Shown in pieces: positions 20,718 through 31,800 of a stretch of DNA of 64,000 nucleotides. Under the pieces are notes generated by a model. It was not told the origin of the DNA and did no database searches. It saw nothing but the letters and a program-made list of their open reading frames with translations. A program made the position numbers and the translations under genes. The first letter of the stretch is position 1, and every line of letters starts with the position of its first letter. The stretch lies in NCBI GenBank assembly GCA_963745075.1, contig CAVUWV010000001.1:224001-288000 (forward strand), read 5' to 3'. Source of the DNA: Candidatus Hydrogenedentota bacterium. Lineage in GTDB: Bacteria; Hydrogenedentota; Hydrogenedentia; Hydrogenedentales; SLHB01.

Positions 20718-20996
20718 CGATCGCATACCTCTTATGGGATTTACATGCGCATAACGCCTTGACGCCCATGCGCAACGCCCGTAGATCCCTTCACGCCTCA
20801 TTCTAGGCCCTTCCCCAATTTTGATCAATATCCGGTTGATGGCGCTAACGTTACAGAAACCACCGTTTCCGCTGGCACTGGGTACTGGGGTCGCGCTGAC
20901 CGCATCCAGAGCGAAGATCCTTGAAGGATGCCCAGCCGAGAAATGCCGGAACCGTTGTCCTGGAATGGCGTCGATAGACGCTTGGTATCAGGCTGG

Positions 20997-21902
20997 TTAC
21001 GAAATCAGCCGCCGGAGGGCTCCGAAAATTCCACTCCGAGTCGGGCTGACCTTCTGCGCGCCCTCCTGCAGTCGGCGGCGCGGCGGCGTCGCGGTCACGC
21101 GCACCAGAACCGCGGTTACGTTATCCGGGGCGCCTGCCTCCAACGCGCGACCGACCAGCACACGACCCGCGCCTTGCAGATTCTCCCCGGCCAATGCTGC
21201 GGCCAACTGCGCGTCCTCGACCACGTTCGAGAGCCCATCCGAGCAGATGAGCAGCGTGTCGCCTAACTTCAACTGCACCGCAAAGAGATCGACGTTGACG
21301 GCTTCCTTGGTGCCGACCGCCCGCGTAATCAGGTTCTTGAGCGAGTGGGTGCGCGCTTCCTGTTCCGAGATGTACCCGTTGCGGACTTGTTCGGCCACAA
21401 GCGAATGGTCGTCGGTGATCTGCCAAATCGCCTCCCCCTTCCGCAACAAATAGACCCGGCTGTCGCCGACCTGCGCAATATACGCGTGATCGCCGTCGAT
21501 GAGCAGCGTCGACATCGTCGTGCCCATCCCATAAAACTCGGGGTGGTTCTCCGCCTCCTGATAAATGCGCCGGTTGGCCTGACTGATGGACTCGGAAAGC
21601 CGCGCCGGGATGCCGGGTTCTCGTCGCGCGTAGTACTCCTCGACTAACGTGCGCAACGATAGCCGGCTGGCAAAGTCTCCGCCGCTGACCCCGCCCATAC
21701 CATCTGCAACGGCGAACAGGACCCCGCGTTCCTCGACGACGCGCTGATCGTCCGGCGCGCAAATGGCGCAACTGTCCTCATTGCGCGAGCGCTTCTTGCC
21801 AACGTCGGAGATCAGATGGGCTTCGAGATAAGGCCCGAACCAATGGTGCTCGTAGTTTCCGCCCTTCTCGGGTCCGGTATGGGTTTTCGAAATTACTGCC
21901 AT
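20997..21902 (-). CDS. PP2C/PPM family Ser/Thr phosphatase (Stp1-like)
   Basis: SDVGKKRSRNED, VADGMGG, VGDSRVY, LICSDGL, DNVT motifs. Confidence 0.92.
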   Translation of the reverse strand: MAVISKTHTGPEKGGNYEHHWFGPYLEAHLISDVGKKRSRNEDSCAICAPDDQRVVEERGVLFAVADGMGGVSGGDFASRLSLRTLVEEYYARREPGIPARLSESISQANRRIYQEAENHPEFYGMGTTMSTLLIDGDHAYIAQVGDSRVYLLRKGEAIWQITDDHSLVAEQVRNGYISEQEARTHSLKNLITRAVGTKEAVNVDLFAVQLKLGDTLLICSDGLSNVVEDAQLAAALAGENLQGAGRVLVGRALEAGAPDNVTAVLVRVTATPPRRRLQEGAQKVSPTRSGIFGALRRLIS

Positions 21903-22027
21903 TCAAGAAGTGCCCATATTTGCGGAACGGGAGGCCATGTTCCGTTCGATCATCTCTGCCCGTCGTGGCGGGCCATTATCCCTGTATTGTAGTGCCGATT
22001 TCGAGTCTATTGCAATGACACGGCCGG

Positions 22028-23041
22028 TCACTGGACACGGGCCGCGCGCCGGGGCGCCGCGAGTTTCACGACGAGCAACTCCAGGGCGAGCGTTCGGTCT
22101 ACTCCGGTAGACCGCAGCAGGATTTCAGTGTCCATACACAGCGAGAATGCATCGCGAAACTTCTCTTTGCCCAGTTTGGCCGCCAGCGGTTTGACCTTGT
22201 TGGCCAGGAACGGTTTCAGGCGATTCGCGGAGGGCGCGGCGGCGAAATAGGCCGTTTTCAGCAGCCAATTGATGGAGCCGAGGATCTCGAACTCGTTCTT
22301 GCCCAGATCGAGAATCTCCCGGAGCACGCGCACGGCCTTATCCGTGTCTGACGACGCAATGGCGTCCGTCAGTGACCAGATTTCTTCTTCCGCAACGTCG
22401 GCACAGGCCGTCGCCACGTCCGCCTTGGTGATCTTCTCGGCCGAACCCACGTAGTTGGTTACAAGGTTGATGGCATTGCTGACATCCCCCAGGCGCGTGC
22501 CGGTACGATCGATCAACTCCCGAACCGCAGACGAATCGATGCTCTTCCCCAGGCGCTCGATTTCCTTGCGGGCCCAAACCAGGGCATCTTGCTCCCTCAG
22601 TTCCGGGCATTCGACAATCGCCGCGGTCTTCGTGCAGGTCTTGTACAACTTCGAGCGCCGGTCCAGCCGATTGGCCACCAGGATGAGGATGGTCGATTCG
22701 CACGGGTTGCCGAGGTAATCGAGTAAGGGTCCTGCCGTCGATTCCGATTCGTAGCATTCCGCTCCGTTAACGAGTATGACTTGCCGTTCGCTCAGAAAGG
22801 GCATGGTTTGTGAGACCGAGACGATCTCGGCGGGATCGGCCTCGTCGGCGTAGTACGCGGAATAGGCCAGATCGCGCGTGCTCGGATCGACGTACAAATC
22901 AACCAACCGCTCCACGGCCTTCTGAGCGAGGACGGGTTCAAACGTAGCTTCTCGCGCACGGGGCGCTTTGTGGGGACAGAACAGGTAGATGGGGGCCGGC
23001 GCCTCGTTTTCCGCAGTCCTCAAGAATTCCAGGACGTCCAA
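22028..23041 (-). CDS. holA: DNA polymerase III delta subunit
   Basis: TMPFLSERQVI, IWSLTDAI, LELLVVKL; directly downstream of lptE. Confidence 0.88.
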   Translation of the reverse strand: MDVLEFLRTAENEAPAPIYLFCPHKAPRAREATFEPVLAQKAVERLVDLYVDPSTRDLAYSAYYADEADPAEIVSVSQTMPFLSERQVILVNGAECYESESTAGPLLDYLGNPCESTILILVANRLDRRSKLYKTCTKTAAIVECPELREQDALVWARKEIERLGKSIDSSAVRELIDRTGTRLGDVSNAINLVTNYVGSAEKITKADVATACADVAEEEIWSLTDAIASSDTDKAVRVLREILDLGKNEFEILGSINWLLKTAYFAAAPSANRLKPFLANKVKPLAAKLGKEKFRDAFSLCMDTEILLRSTGVDRTLALELLVVKLAAPRRAARVQ

Positions 23042-23044
23042 GGG

Positions 23045-23611
23045 TTACCAGGGCTCGACCGTACGGTAGAAGATGTCCGAGGCCAGTTGTTCGAGCGCTT
23101 CGGAGGCGCCACGATTTTCTTCTTCGCTCGCGAAAGAGCGGACCGTCGGAAGGAAGGCCTCCGCGTTTCCGCGCAGCCGATCCGAAGACTGCCCCGAGGC
23201 GCGGGTGTAGAAGCTGGTTTCACCCGCCATGCGCGGTTCTTCCCACAGCACCGTTCCCGTGTGACTGTCCGTGAGCCGCGCCCCCGCGAGTACCACGCAC
23301 AGGAACTGGGTCACTTCGTCATTCTCGTCATACGTGATGCCCTTGAGCTGGTAGTCGAGGATGACGCCCTCGAGCACGAGGTCCGCGTCGTCGCGGTCGA
23401 CCACCTGCAAGCGTCCGTCATTCAGGAACTTTCGCGTTAAGGCATTGGTGAGGGGAGCCTGCAGATCGTATTCCCGGCTCATGTTCTGGAACGCAGAGAC
23501 GAAGATCGTCTGGTACTTCTCGTCGAGCGAACTGCGCGTCGTGTATCCGCATCCCGAAACGACCACCAGCGACAACAAGATTCCGGAAAGCGTTGCCCGC
23601 CAAGTCTTCAT
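23045..23611 (-). CDS. lptE: LptE family lipoprotein
   Basis: Lipobox VSGC-GY, TIFVSAFQN, ADLVLEGVI; bamD-lptE-holA synteny. Confidence 0.8.
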   Translation of the reverse strand: MKTWRATLSGILLSLVVVSGCGYTTRSSLDEKYQTIFVSAFQNMSREYDLQAPLTNALTRKFLNDGRLQVVDRDDADLVLEGVILDYQLKGITYDENDEVTQFLCVVLAGARLTDSHTGTVLWEEPRMAGETSFYTRASGQSSDRLRGNAEAFLPTVRSFASEEENRGASEALEQLASDIFYRTVEPW

Positions 23612-24588
23612 GAAGCCGCCCAGCGTTTGCTATGCCCGTGTTCGTTCAACCACGCTTCCGCTTCGGATGCGGCGGGCGTGCCGGGAAACTGTTCGACCAC
23701 GACTTCGTAGTAGATCGCGGCGGCGTCGAATTTGCGGCGTTTCTCATAGAATTTCGCCGTCAACAATCGCTGTTCGGCGACTTTGTTCTGCATCTCGGAT
23801 CGAATAGCGTCCAGTTCCGCCACACGGCTGTCGTTGGGAAAGCGCGCTTTGAAATCGTCGATGGCGTTGACCGCGAGCAGGCTGGGCGCCTGGTCGTAGG
23901 CCGGCGGGAGCGACGCATTGTAATACGTCATCGCCAAGCCGTAACTGGCTTCGTCCACCCAGTCCGAACCCGCGTAGTCCTCGATCACGCGCCGGTACTC
24001 GTACGCCGCTTCCGTGTATTCCTCGAGCGTGAAGTGACACAGCCCAACCTTGTACTGCGCTTCCGCGGCCGACGCCGTGAAGGGTTGATTGTCGATCACC
24101 ATGGCGTACACGTCGATGGCCCGGCGCAACGGGCGCTTCTTGAACGGTCGCCAGAACTTCTTCGCGAGATTGGCCTGACCCTTGTCGTAGAACCGATCGC
24201 CAATCTCGTACTGCTTCGCGATAACGTCGTCGAACAAATCGCTGTCGGGATACGTGGTCACGACCTGCTGAAATTCGCGGGCCGCAGCGAGATCATCGCC
24301 TTGGGCCATGCGAATCTCACCGCGGAGGAACTGGTTGTCATCCGCGAAATCCGTGTCCGCGTAATAATTGTCGAACTTTTCCGTTTCGCGGAGGGCCTTT
24401 TTGTAATCGCCCTGGGTCATCAGGCTCCGGGCATACTCCACCTGCAGTTCCGGCGTTTCTTTGGGCAGCCGTTTGATGTTGATCCAACGGCCGGTCTGGG
24501 GCGACCACGTCCATTGCGCCTGGGCCGCCGTCGAGAGCAACAGGAAGGGAATCAGCGCCGCTAGGGCCCACGAATAGGATTTGCGCAT
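23608..24588 (-). CDS. bamD: BamD-like TPR outer-membrane assembly protein
   Basis: Signal peptide, TPR repeats, YDQAPS..FKARFPND..AKFYEKR..AAIYYEVVVEQFPGT. Confidence 0.8.
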   Translation of the reverse strand: MRKSYSWALAALIPFLLLSTAAQAQWTWSPQTGRWINIKRLPKETPELQVEYARSLMTQGDYKKALRETEKFDNYYADTDFADDNQFLRGEIRMAQGDDLAAAREFQQVVTTYPDSDLFDDVIAKQYEIGDRFYDKGQANLAKKFWRPFKKRPLRRAIDVYAMVIDNQPFTASAAEAQYKVGLCHFTLEEYTEAAYEYRRVIEDYAGSDWVDEASYGLAMTYYNASLPPAYDQAPSLLAVNAIDDFKARFPNDSRVAELDAIRSEMQNKVAEQRLLTAKFYEKRRKFDAAAIYYEVVVEQFPGTPAASEAEAWLNEHGHSKRWAAS

Positions 24589-24707
24589 TCTCACGCCTCC
24601 GCTTGTGTTCGAAATCGAAAATCCAGACAGAATCCCCCCGCACGAACTTTCAGCGAGGACAACTATCCCTGGGACGGATTCTAGCAGCACGAAAGAGCCA
24701 TTAGCAA

Positions 24708-24743
24708 CACAAGGCGGAACCGGCACGCCGGTTCCGCCTTGTG
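24708..24743. terminator. Perfect hairpin after the MFS gene, probable terminator
   Basis: CACAAGGCGGAACCGG-CACG-CCGGTTCCGCCTTGTG, 16-bp stem just past the stop at 24756; weak U-tail. Confidence 0.6.
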
Positions 24744-24755
24744 GATAGAGCTTTG

Positions 24756-26048
24756 CTACTCGGCTGCTTGCGACGCTTCCAGCCTTTCGGTCTGGTAACC
24801 GCCCTTGGCCTTATCCGAAAGGTAGACCAAAATAAAGACGATCGTGATCAGGACCGGCAGGATCGCCCAAATCTGCAGGGCGCGTTGGGGCCCGAAGTGG
24901 TCGTCGATGCGACCGATGATCGGCCCGGCAATCAACGTCGAGAAACTTCCCACACCACCGATGATGGCCAGACCGAGAGCACCGGTACGCGGGCAGCGCT
25001 CACTCGTAATCCCCAGCATCGTCGGCCACCAGAAGCACACACCCACGTAGACGAGCGTCGCCGCCAGGAAGAACATCGGCGGCGTGGTCGCGTAGTAGAA
25101 CAGAAAGAGACCCAACGCCGCGATGGGCGCCGTAACCACCATCAGCGCTACGGGCGAAAACACCGCGCGAATGGGTTTACTGAAAAATTGCCGCAAGATG
25201 TACATCAGGATACTGCCCCAGACCAGGGCCAGAATTCCGCCGCGTCCGCCCAGTACGTCATTGTAAATGTTGGCAATCCACTGGCCCGTGCCCAACTCCG
25301 TCGCCGCCGTCAACCACATCACGATGAAGAGGATGTAGAACAGGGGGCGGCGCAACGCTTCCGAGAACATTTCGCTGAAGCGCACGCCCGAGGCCACACG
25401 CTCCGTCGGCGGGAACTTCTGGCCGATGATCATGAACGTGTAAATCACCGCCGGGACCAATATCAGCGCCATCTTCACTTTCCAGCCAAGCCCGACTTGG
25501 GACAGGCCCCACGCCAGCACGCCACCAATGACAATGCCGCCGGGGAACCACGCGTGGAACAGGGTCAATTTGTGCGTCTTTTCCTCGGGGTACAGCGTCG
25601 CGATCAGTGGATTGCACACGGCTTCCACCAATCCGTTCCCCGCCCCCACAACGAATGTCGCGAACACCACCACCCAGAAGCTGGGTGCGAATATTGTTAG
25701 TAGAACCCCTCCGATATGACAGGCCGCCGCGAGCCGAAGCAGATTGCCCATGCCGAGTAAATCCACGAGGGGGCCGCCAAATAGGATGGCCAGGCCAAAG
25801 GATAGGAACGCGATGCCCGAGATAATCCCCAAGTTCTGTTTGACGAGGTCGGTATCTTCGCTGATGCCCAGAATCGTATTCACCCATTCGGGGCGCGATG
25901 CCGTGGCGCTACTTGCCTGTTGCGCGTCCACGTATGGTTGAACGAACTCCCCTTCGAAATCCGCCATGATATCGCCGCGAATGGCGAATGACATGGCGGT
26001 TGCAATCAGGGCAATGTTACTCGCCCAAAACAACATGGATTTGTTCAT
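24756..26048 (-). CDS. MFS transporter
   Basis: About 12 TM segments; GPLVDLLG, EAVCNPLIATLYP, HAWFPGG. Confidence 0.88.
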   Translation of the reverse strand: MNKSMLFWASNIALIATAMSFAIRGDIMADFEGEFVQPYVDAQQASSATASRPEWVNTILGISEDTDLVKQNLGIISGIAFLSFGLAILFGGPLVDLLGMGNLLRLAAACHIGGVLLTIFAPSFWVVVFATFVVGAGNGLVEAVCNPLIATLYPEEKTHKLTLFHAWFPGGIVIGGVLAWGLSQVGLGWKVKMALILVPAVIYTFMIIGQKFPPTERVASGVRFSEMFSEALRRPLFYILFIVMWLTAATELGTGQWIANIYNDVLGGRGGILALVWGSILMYILRQFFSKPIRAVFSPVALMVVTAPIAALGLFLFYYATTPPMFFLAATLVYVGVCFWWPTMLGITSERCPRTGALGLAIIGGVGSFSTLIAGPIIGRIDDHFGPQRALQIWAILPVLITIVFILVYLSDKAKGGYQTERLEASQAAE

Positions 26049-26179
26049 GGTCTGCTCCCTCCGACCCGTGCGTCAATGAATCCCCTCCGAATTACCCGGT
26101 CCGGGCAGCCCTGTCCCGGATCAAGCCCGATGATACTACTTACACACTCGCGAGAGGTCAAGCCATGCGGACGGGTCGC

Positions 26180-27361
26180 TTACCCCGCAGTGCAAACGTG
26201 CTTTGCCGCCGCCACGGCCCTTCCCGTCTGGATCGGCGCCTTCATCGCACCCAAAACCGCTTCCATTGCGCCGAGGCACAGCAACACGTTCTTGCCGGAC
26301 GACGCGTGGCCCATGAGCCCCACGCGCCAAATCTTGCCTGCCATGGCGCCGAGACCGGCCCCGATTTCGAGACTGTATTCGTTCAGCAAGGCCGACCGCA
26401 CCTTCGCTTCATCCACACCTTCCGGCACGGACACCGCGTTCAACTGCGGGAGCCGATAAGGCTCCTCCACGACGAAGCCCAGTCCCATGGCCTCGAATCC
26501 GGCGCGCAGCGCCTGATGGTTTTTGGCGTGCCGCGCCCATGCGTTCTCCAGTCCTTCTTCCTTCAAGATCACCAGCGCTTCATGAAGGGCGTAGAGTTGG
26601 TTGATCGGGGCCGTATGGTGATAGGCCCGCTTGCCCTCGCCGCCCCAGTAGGAAAGCACGAGCTGCACATCCAGAAACCAGGATTGGACTTTCGTCTTGC
26701 GGCTCTTGATGGTATCGACGGCACGCTCGCCAAAACTCACCGGCGAAATTCCCGGTGGGGCGGACAGGCACTTTTGCGAGCCGGAATAGATCGCGTCGAC
26801 GTGCCACTCATCCACCTTTACCGGCGTGCCTCCCAGCGAAGTGACGGCGTCGACGATGGTCAAGCAGTCCTGTTGGTGCGCGACCTCCACCAGCGACTTC
26901 ACATCGGACTGGGCGCCCGTGGAGGTCTCCGCCTGGACAAACGCGAGAATCTTCGCGTCCGGGTTGTTCTTCAACGCGTCTTCGGCCTTGTTCGGATCGA
27001 CCGGATGACCCCACTCGTCCTGGACCATAACGGCCTTGCCGCCGCAGCGTTCGACGTTCTCTTTCATGCGCCCGCCGAATGCGCCATTTTGACAAACCAC
27101 CACCGTGTCACCCGGTTCGACAAGGTTGACGAAACAACATTCCATCCCCGCAGAGCCCGGCGCCGACACCGGGAAAGTGACGGCGTTCTGCGTCTGAAAC
27201 GCGTACTGAAGCAACCCCTTGAGTTCATCCATCATCCGAATGAACTCGGGGTCGAGATGCCCAATCGTGGGGCGCGAAAGCGCCGCGAGCACGCGGGGAT
27301 TGATGTCCGACGGGCCCGGTCCCATAAGGGTGCGTTGCGGCGGATAGAAACTACCGGTCAT
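26180..27361 (-). CDS. Alanine-glyoxylate/serine-pyruvate aminotransferase (class V PLP)
   Basis: LMGPGPS, ETSTG, VDAVTSLGG, SGSQKCLSAPPG, YHHTAP, WRVGLMG. Confidence 0.92.
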   Translation of the reverse strand: MTGSFYPPQRTLMGPGPSDINPRVLAALSRPTIGHLDPEFIRMMDELKGLLQYAFQTQNAVTFPVSAPGSAGMECCFVNLVEPGDTVVVCQNGAFGGRMKENVERCGGKAVMVQDEWGHPVDPNKAEDALKNNPDAKILAFVQAETSTGAQSDVKSLVEVAHQQDCLTIVDAVTSLGGTPVKVDEWHVDAIYSGSQKCLSAPPGISPVSFGERAVDTIKSRKTKVQSWFLDVQLVLSYWGGEGKRAYHHTAPINQLYALHEALVILKEEGLENAWARHAKNHQALRAGFEAMGLGFVVEEPYRLPQLNAVSVPEGVDEAKVRSALLNEYSLEIGAGLGAMAGKIWRVGLMGHASSGKNVLLCLGAMEAVLGAMKAPIQTGRAVAAAKHVCTAG

Positions 27362-27566
27362 GAAGAATTCCTCCCAAATGAACATCGAGGTCGGGGTGTC
27401 AGCACCAATAGATGGAAAGACTTACGTGGGACATCCTAGCGCGCGGCCAAGTCCACTTCAAAAACCAGATCGTTGCGCCGGATGGCTCTGCAGATCGCGT
27501 GCCGATTGGCAATACAATGGACCAGCAGTATAGAATTGGCTGTGTCAATAGACGGAAACAATCCCC

Positions 27567-28478
27567 ATGTCGAAGCATCCGATCCGATACAAGCAAAACC
27601 GGCTCCAACAACTCCGCGGGTTCTACTATGCGGCCCGCGAGAAGAGCATCTCCCGGGCGGCGGAACGCATGTCGCTCAGCCAGCCCTCCGTGTCCCTCCA
27701 GATTCAGGCGCTGGAACGGGAACTGCACGCCAAGCTCTTCGAACGGCGGGGACCGCGAATCGACCTGACCCCCGACGGGCAGATCCTGCTCAAGCTCGCG
27801 CAGCCCCTGGTCGAGGGGATCGACGCGTTGGAAGACGACTTCGCGGCCCGGCGGGATCAGGTGGACCGCGGCCGGGTCGATCTGGCTGCCGGCGGGTCCA
27901 CGATTCTGTATGTGTTGCCCCGTTTCGTGGAAGCGTTCGTGAAGGCCTATCCGGGAATCGAATTGAAAATCCACAACGTCACCGGCAAAGCGGGGCTGGC
28001 CCTGCTTCGCGAAGGGGAAGTCGATTTCGCGGTGGGCCCCCTGCTGGACACGCCCGACGACGTGGTGTTTTACCCCATCCTTTCGTATGAACCCGTGCTC
28101 ATCACACCGAAGAAACATCCGCTGGCCGCCAAGGACCGGGTCTCGCTAAAAGACATTTCCAAGTACCCGCTCATCCTACCGCCGCGTCAGTTGAGCACGT
28201 GGCGCATGGTCGAGGGCGTGTTTACCCAGCACGGACTCAGCTACGAAGTGAAACTCGAAGTCGGGGGCTGGGAAGTCATCAAAACCTACGTCGAACTCGG
28301 ACTCGGCATCTCCATCGTCATGAGCATCTGCATCACGGGCGACGAGAATCTTGCCGTCAAACCCGTGGGCAAGTTCTTCCCAAAGCGGACGTACGGGGTT
28401 GTGCTGCGGAAGGGCAAGGTACTCTCGGCCCAGGCCAAACGCTTCATCGAAATCATGGACCCGGCGATTTCACTTTAA
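27567..28478 (+). CDS. LysR family regulator, divergent from the aminotransferase
   Basis: SISRAAERMSLSQPSVSLQIQALERELHAKLFER helix-turn-helix; YVELGLGISI. Confidence 0.93.
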   Translation: MSKHPIRYKQNRLQQLRGFYYAAREKSISRAAERMSLSQPSVSLQIQALERELHAKLFERRGPRIDLTPDGQILLKLAQPLVEGIDALEDDFAARRDQVDRGRVDLAAGGSTILYVLPRFVEAFVKAYPGIELKIHNVTGKAGLALLREGEVDFAVGPLLDTPDDVVFYPILSYEPVLITPKKHPLAAKDRVSLKDISKYPLILPPRQLSTWRMVEGVFTQHGLSYEVKLEVGGWEVIKTYVELGLGISIVMSICITGDENLAVKPVGKFFPKRTYGVVLRKGKVLSAQAKRFIEIMDPAISL

Positions 28479-28596
28479 GAGGTTCGGGGCGTTCTCTCCC
28501 AATTCCTTACTGCTTTCCGCAATTCTCGCCCAGGTTAGGGTTTCGGAGGCGGTGAGATACGCGGTTGAGTACAGCTGAGCCAATCAATTCAAATAG

Positions 28597-28626
28597 TTGA
28601 CAGGACTCTTTACGCCGTTTCATAAT
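28597..28626 (+). promoter_or_regulatory. Sigma70-type promoter upstream of the kinase gene
   Basis: TTGACA-N18-CATAAT with an AT-rich upstream stretch. Confidence 0.6.
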
Positions 28627-28839
28627 GTTTTGAACCCAAGTGGGGGGTCACACGAAGTCCACATGGGTCTAACTGAGAGTCTGGGATGTGGAGTGTCTGC
28701 AGCGCGGTGACAAGCAGAGTTTCGCCCATAATAGCCCGGCCGGAATCGACCGTGGCAACGGGTGATTCAATGGGTGTCGGCTGACGTCACAGCGGAGTGG
28801 ATAGCACCACAGAACTTAGGCGTTGTGGCGAGACCCCCC

Positions 28840-31800
28840 ATGCTTCTTGCAACCCGTCAGACGTGTATCTGTGGCCGGTCGTTCAACGTACCCGGTGAAC
28901 TTTCGCGAACGACCGTCATCTGCCCGACGTGTACCCGCCCGTTATTTGTGCCGGAAAACGAACCCGCCCCGACTAAACCGTTAAGCACGAATCCCTTCGA
29001 TGCTATCTACAAGCCGGAGGGAGTTATCCTCGTCGATTGGCACGTTGGGGACGTGTATCTGGACATCTATGAAGTGCGCGCGCTCATCGGCGAGGGCGGC
29101 ATGGGGAAGGTTTTCCGGGTCTATCACCGCCTGTGGGATCTCGAGATCGCGGTCAAGTGCCCGAGCCCCAAACTTCTTGCCCGTCTGGGCGGAATTGACT
29201 ACTTCGAGCAGGAATGTAACACCTGGGTGAACCTCGGTCTGCACCCGCATCTGGCTACCTGCTACTACGTGCGACGCGTCGGGGGAGTGCCGCGCATTTT
29301 TGCCGAATACGTCGAGAGCGGCGATGTGCTGGATTGGATAAATAGCGGCCGCCTGTATTCCGGCGGGCGTGATGAGACCCTGAGTCGAATGCTTTGCGTG
29401 TCACTGCAGTGTGCCTGGGCGTTGAGCTACGCCCATGACCGGGGGATCATCCATCGCGACATTAAACCTTCCAATATCTTGCTCACCGCCGAAGGCGTCG
29501 CCAAGGTAACGGATTTCGGTTTGGCAAAATCGCTCCAGTCCGCTGTTCGGGGAAACCGGCAGGAGACTTCCGCACGGTTCTCGGGGCATACCCCGGCGTA
29601 TTGCGCCCCGGAACAATTCCGCGGGGGCGAGACATCCGTACGTAGTGACTTATGGAGTTGGGCCGTGACGGTGCTCCATATGTTTACTGGCCGAATCGTA
29701 TGGCCCAGCGGCCCCGAGGCATCACAAGTGCTGTCTGGTAAGAAGGCACTGCTCGAAGGGCACGATTCAGTCCCCGCATTGCCTGAGCCGGTCCGGGAGT
29801 TGTTGCACAGTTGTCTACAGAACAACCCCGACCATCGTCCCGAGTCTATGTCCTGGGTGACCGATTCTTTGGAAGGTATCCATGAATCAATTCTGGGTGA
29901 GCCGTGCCCCTGTGCCCGACCGACGCAGGCCATTCCCCGGGCCGAGAACCTTAACAACGGAGCCGTTTCCCTCCAAGATTTGGGCGATTCGGAACAGGCG
30001 GAGTTCAGATGGCAAGAGGCGTTGGACCTGTCGCCAAACCACCCGGAATCAACATTCAACCTGGCCCTGCAGCGCTGGCGAACCGGACGGATTACCGATG
30101 AAGACGTGCTCCATCTGATTCGGAACTCCAGTGAACACGCTGCCATTCGTAGCGAGATGCTTGCAGAAATCCACCTCGAACGCGGCGACTGCGAATCCGC
30201 ACTCACCCTGCTCGAGGCAGACCGCCCCGAGTCCCCGCTGCTTACGGTTGCTAATGATTGTCTTGCGTCTTCCCGCCGCGCCTGCGTCTGTCTGCAACCC
30301 CACGTTGATGCAATTAACGGATTGCGGGTCAGCGACTCCGAGAAGCTGATCGCTTCCGTTAGTACCGATAACACGATTCGGCTTTCCACACTTCAAACTG
30401 GTGAGGAACTTCGGACGCTTGCCGGACATTCGAGCGCCATCGACCAACTCTGGGTCAGTAACGATTTTGGAACTATCGTCACCGGGGCCCTCGACCGGAC
30501 CGTTCGACTCTGGGATGGTTGCACCGGCAACTGTCTTTGGGTCGGACGTACAGACTGGGAGCGAGTCCGCGCCGTGGCGCTGGGTAACGAGGGTGCCTCG
30601 ATCCTCGTCGCTGCAGACGAGAACCGGGTATACAGCTTTGATATCCGCAGCGGCCAACTCAATCGCGTGGTGCACGGCCCCAACGGTTGGGTAGTTCTTA
30701 TTCTTCTTTCGACGGACGGACGGCGCGCAGTCTCTGCCCAAGATCACGGGTGCCTGCACGTTTGGAACACGGACAACGGACATGTGGAGTTTTCACGGCA
30801 TCTGCCTTCGACCGCGATCACTTGCCTCGCGATGGACCACCGGGGGCGGTGGGTGGCGGCGGGTGGGGCAGAGGGCCACGTATATTGCTGGTCCCTCGGC
30901 ACGGATGAGACGCCTCTAGTTTTCGCGGGCCACAAGGGGGTGGTCAATGCGGTCGCATTCTCAGAGGACTGTTCTCGCATCGTATCGGCGGGCGAAGACG
31001 GTACCTGCCGGCTATGGGAAGTCAGCAATGGACGTTGCCTTTCCACGTTGATCGGTGACGGTACCCCCGTTCGCGCAGTTGCGATTGCCCAGGACGGCGA
31101 GATGGCCGTGTCGGGCGACAGGTCCGGAGGCATGACGATTTGGGAAATCCATGCCGACGTCGTCTACCGGTCTGCCTCATTGCGGCTTTCCCGAAGCGTG
31201 AGCATGGAAGCCAGCGCAAGTCAAGAGAGCGTTTTCAGGGAATCGGTCAGCTACACGTCCGCACTGCTTAGTTCGGGCGACATTCCCGCGGCAATAGACG
31301 AGTTGGTGCGTTTACGAGGTGACGGCGATGCGGGTTCCCGGAGGGAGGCCTTGGCGTTGTGGACGCGCCTTTACCATGTGTGCCACAAGAAGCGAGTGCG
31401 GGGCCATTGGCGGATAGCCACGCTCCGGGGTCACGACGGACCGGTCAGGCGGATCGCATGGAGTTCGGACAACGAAAGCCTCTTCGGGGTCGATGACGCA
31501 GGTTTCCTGCGCCGTTGGAACGTCGCGACAGGCGCGAGCGATTACCATATCCAAGCCCACACGGGTCCGGCGCTTGACCTGAGCCTGTGCGAAGCGAACG
31601 GCCGGATTGTCACGGGCGGACATGACCGAATGATCCGGTCCTGGGATAGTGAAACCGGCGAATCTGTCCGTACGTTAGAAGGGCACGCAGCGCCGGTAAC
31701 GTCCGCCCAGATTAGCCCCTGTGGAACGCGTGTGCTTTCGTCGGCGTGGGCCGTGCGTCTTTGGGACTTGGCTTCCGGCCGCTTACTTGGGTCACTGGAG

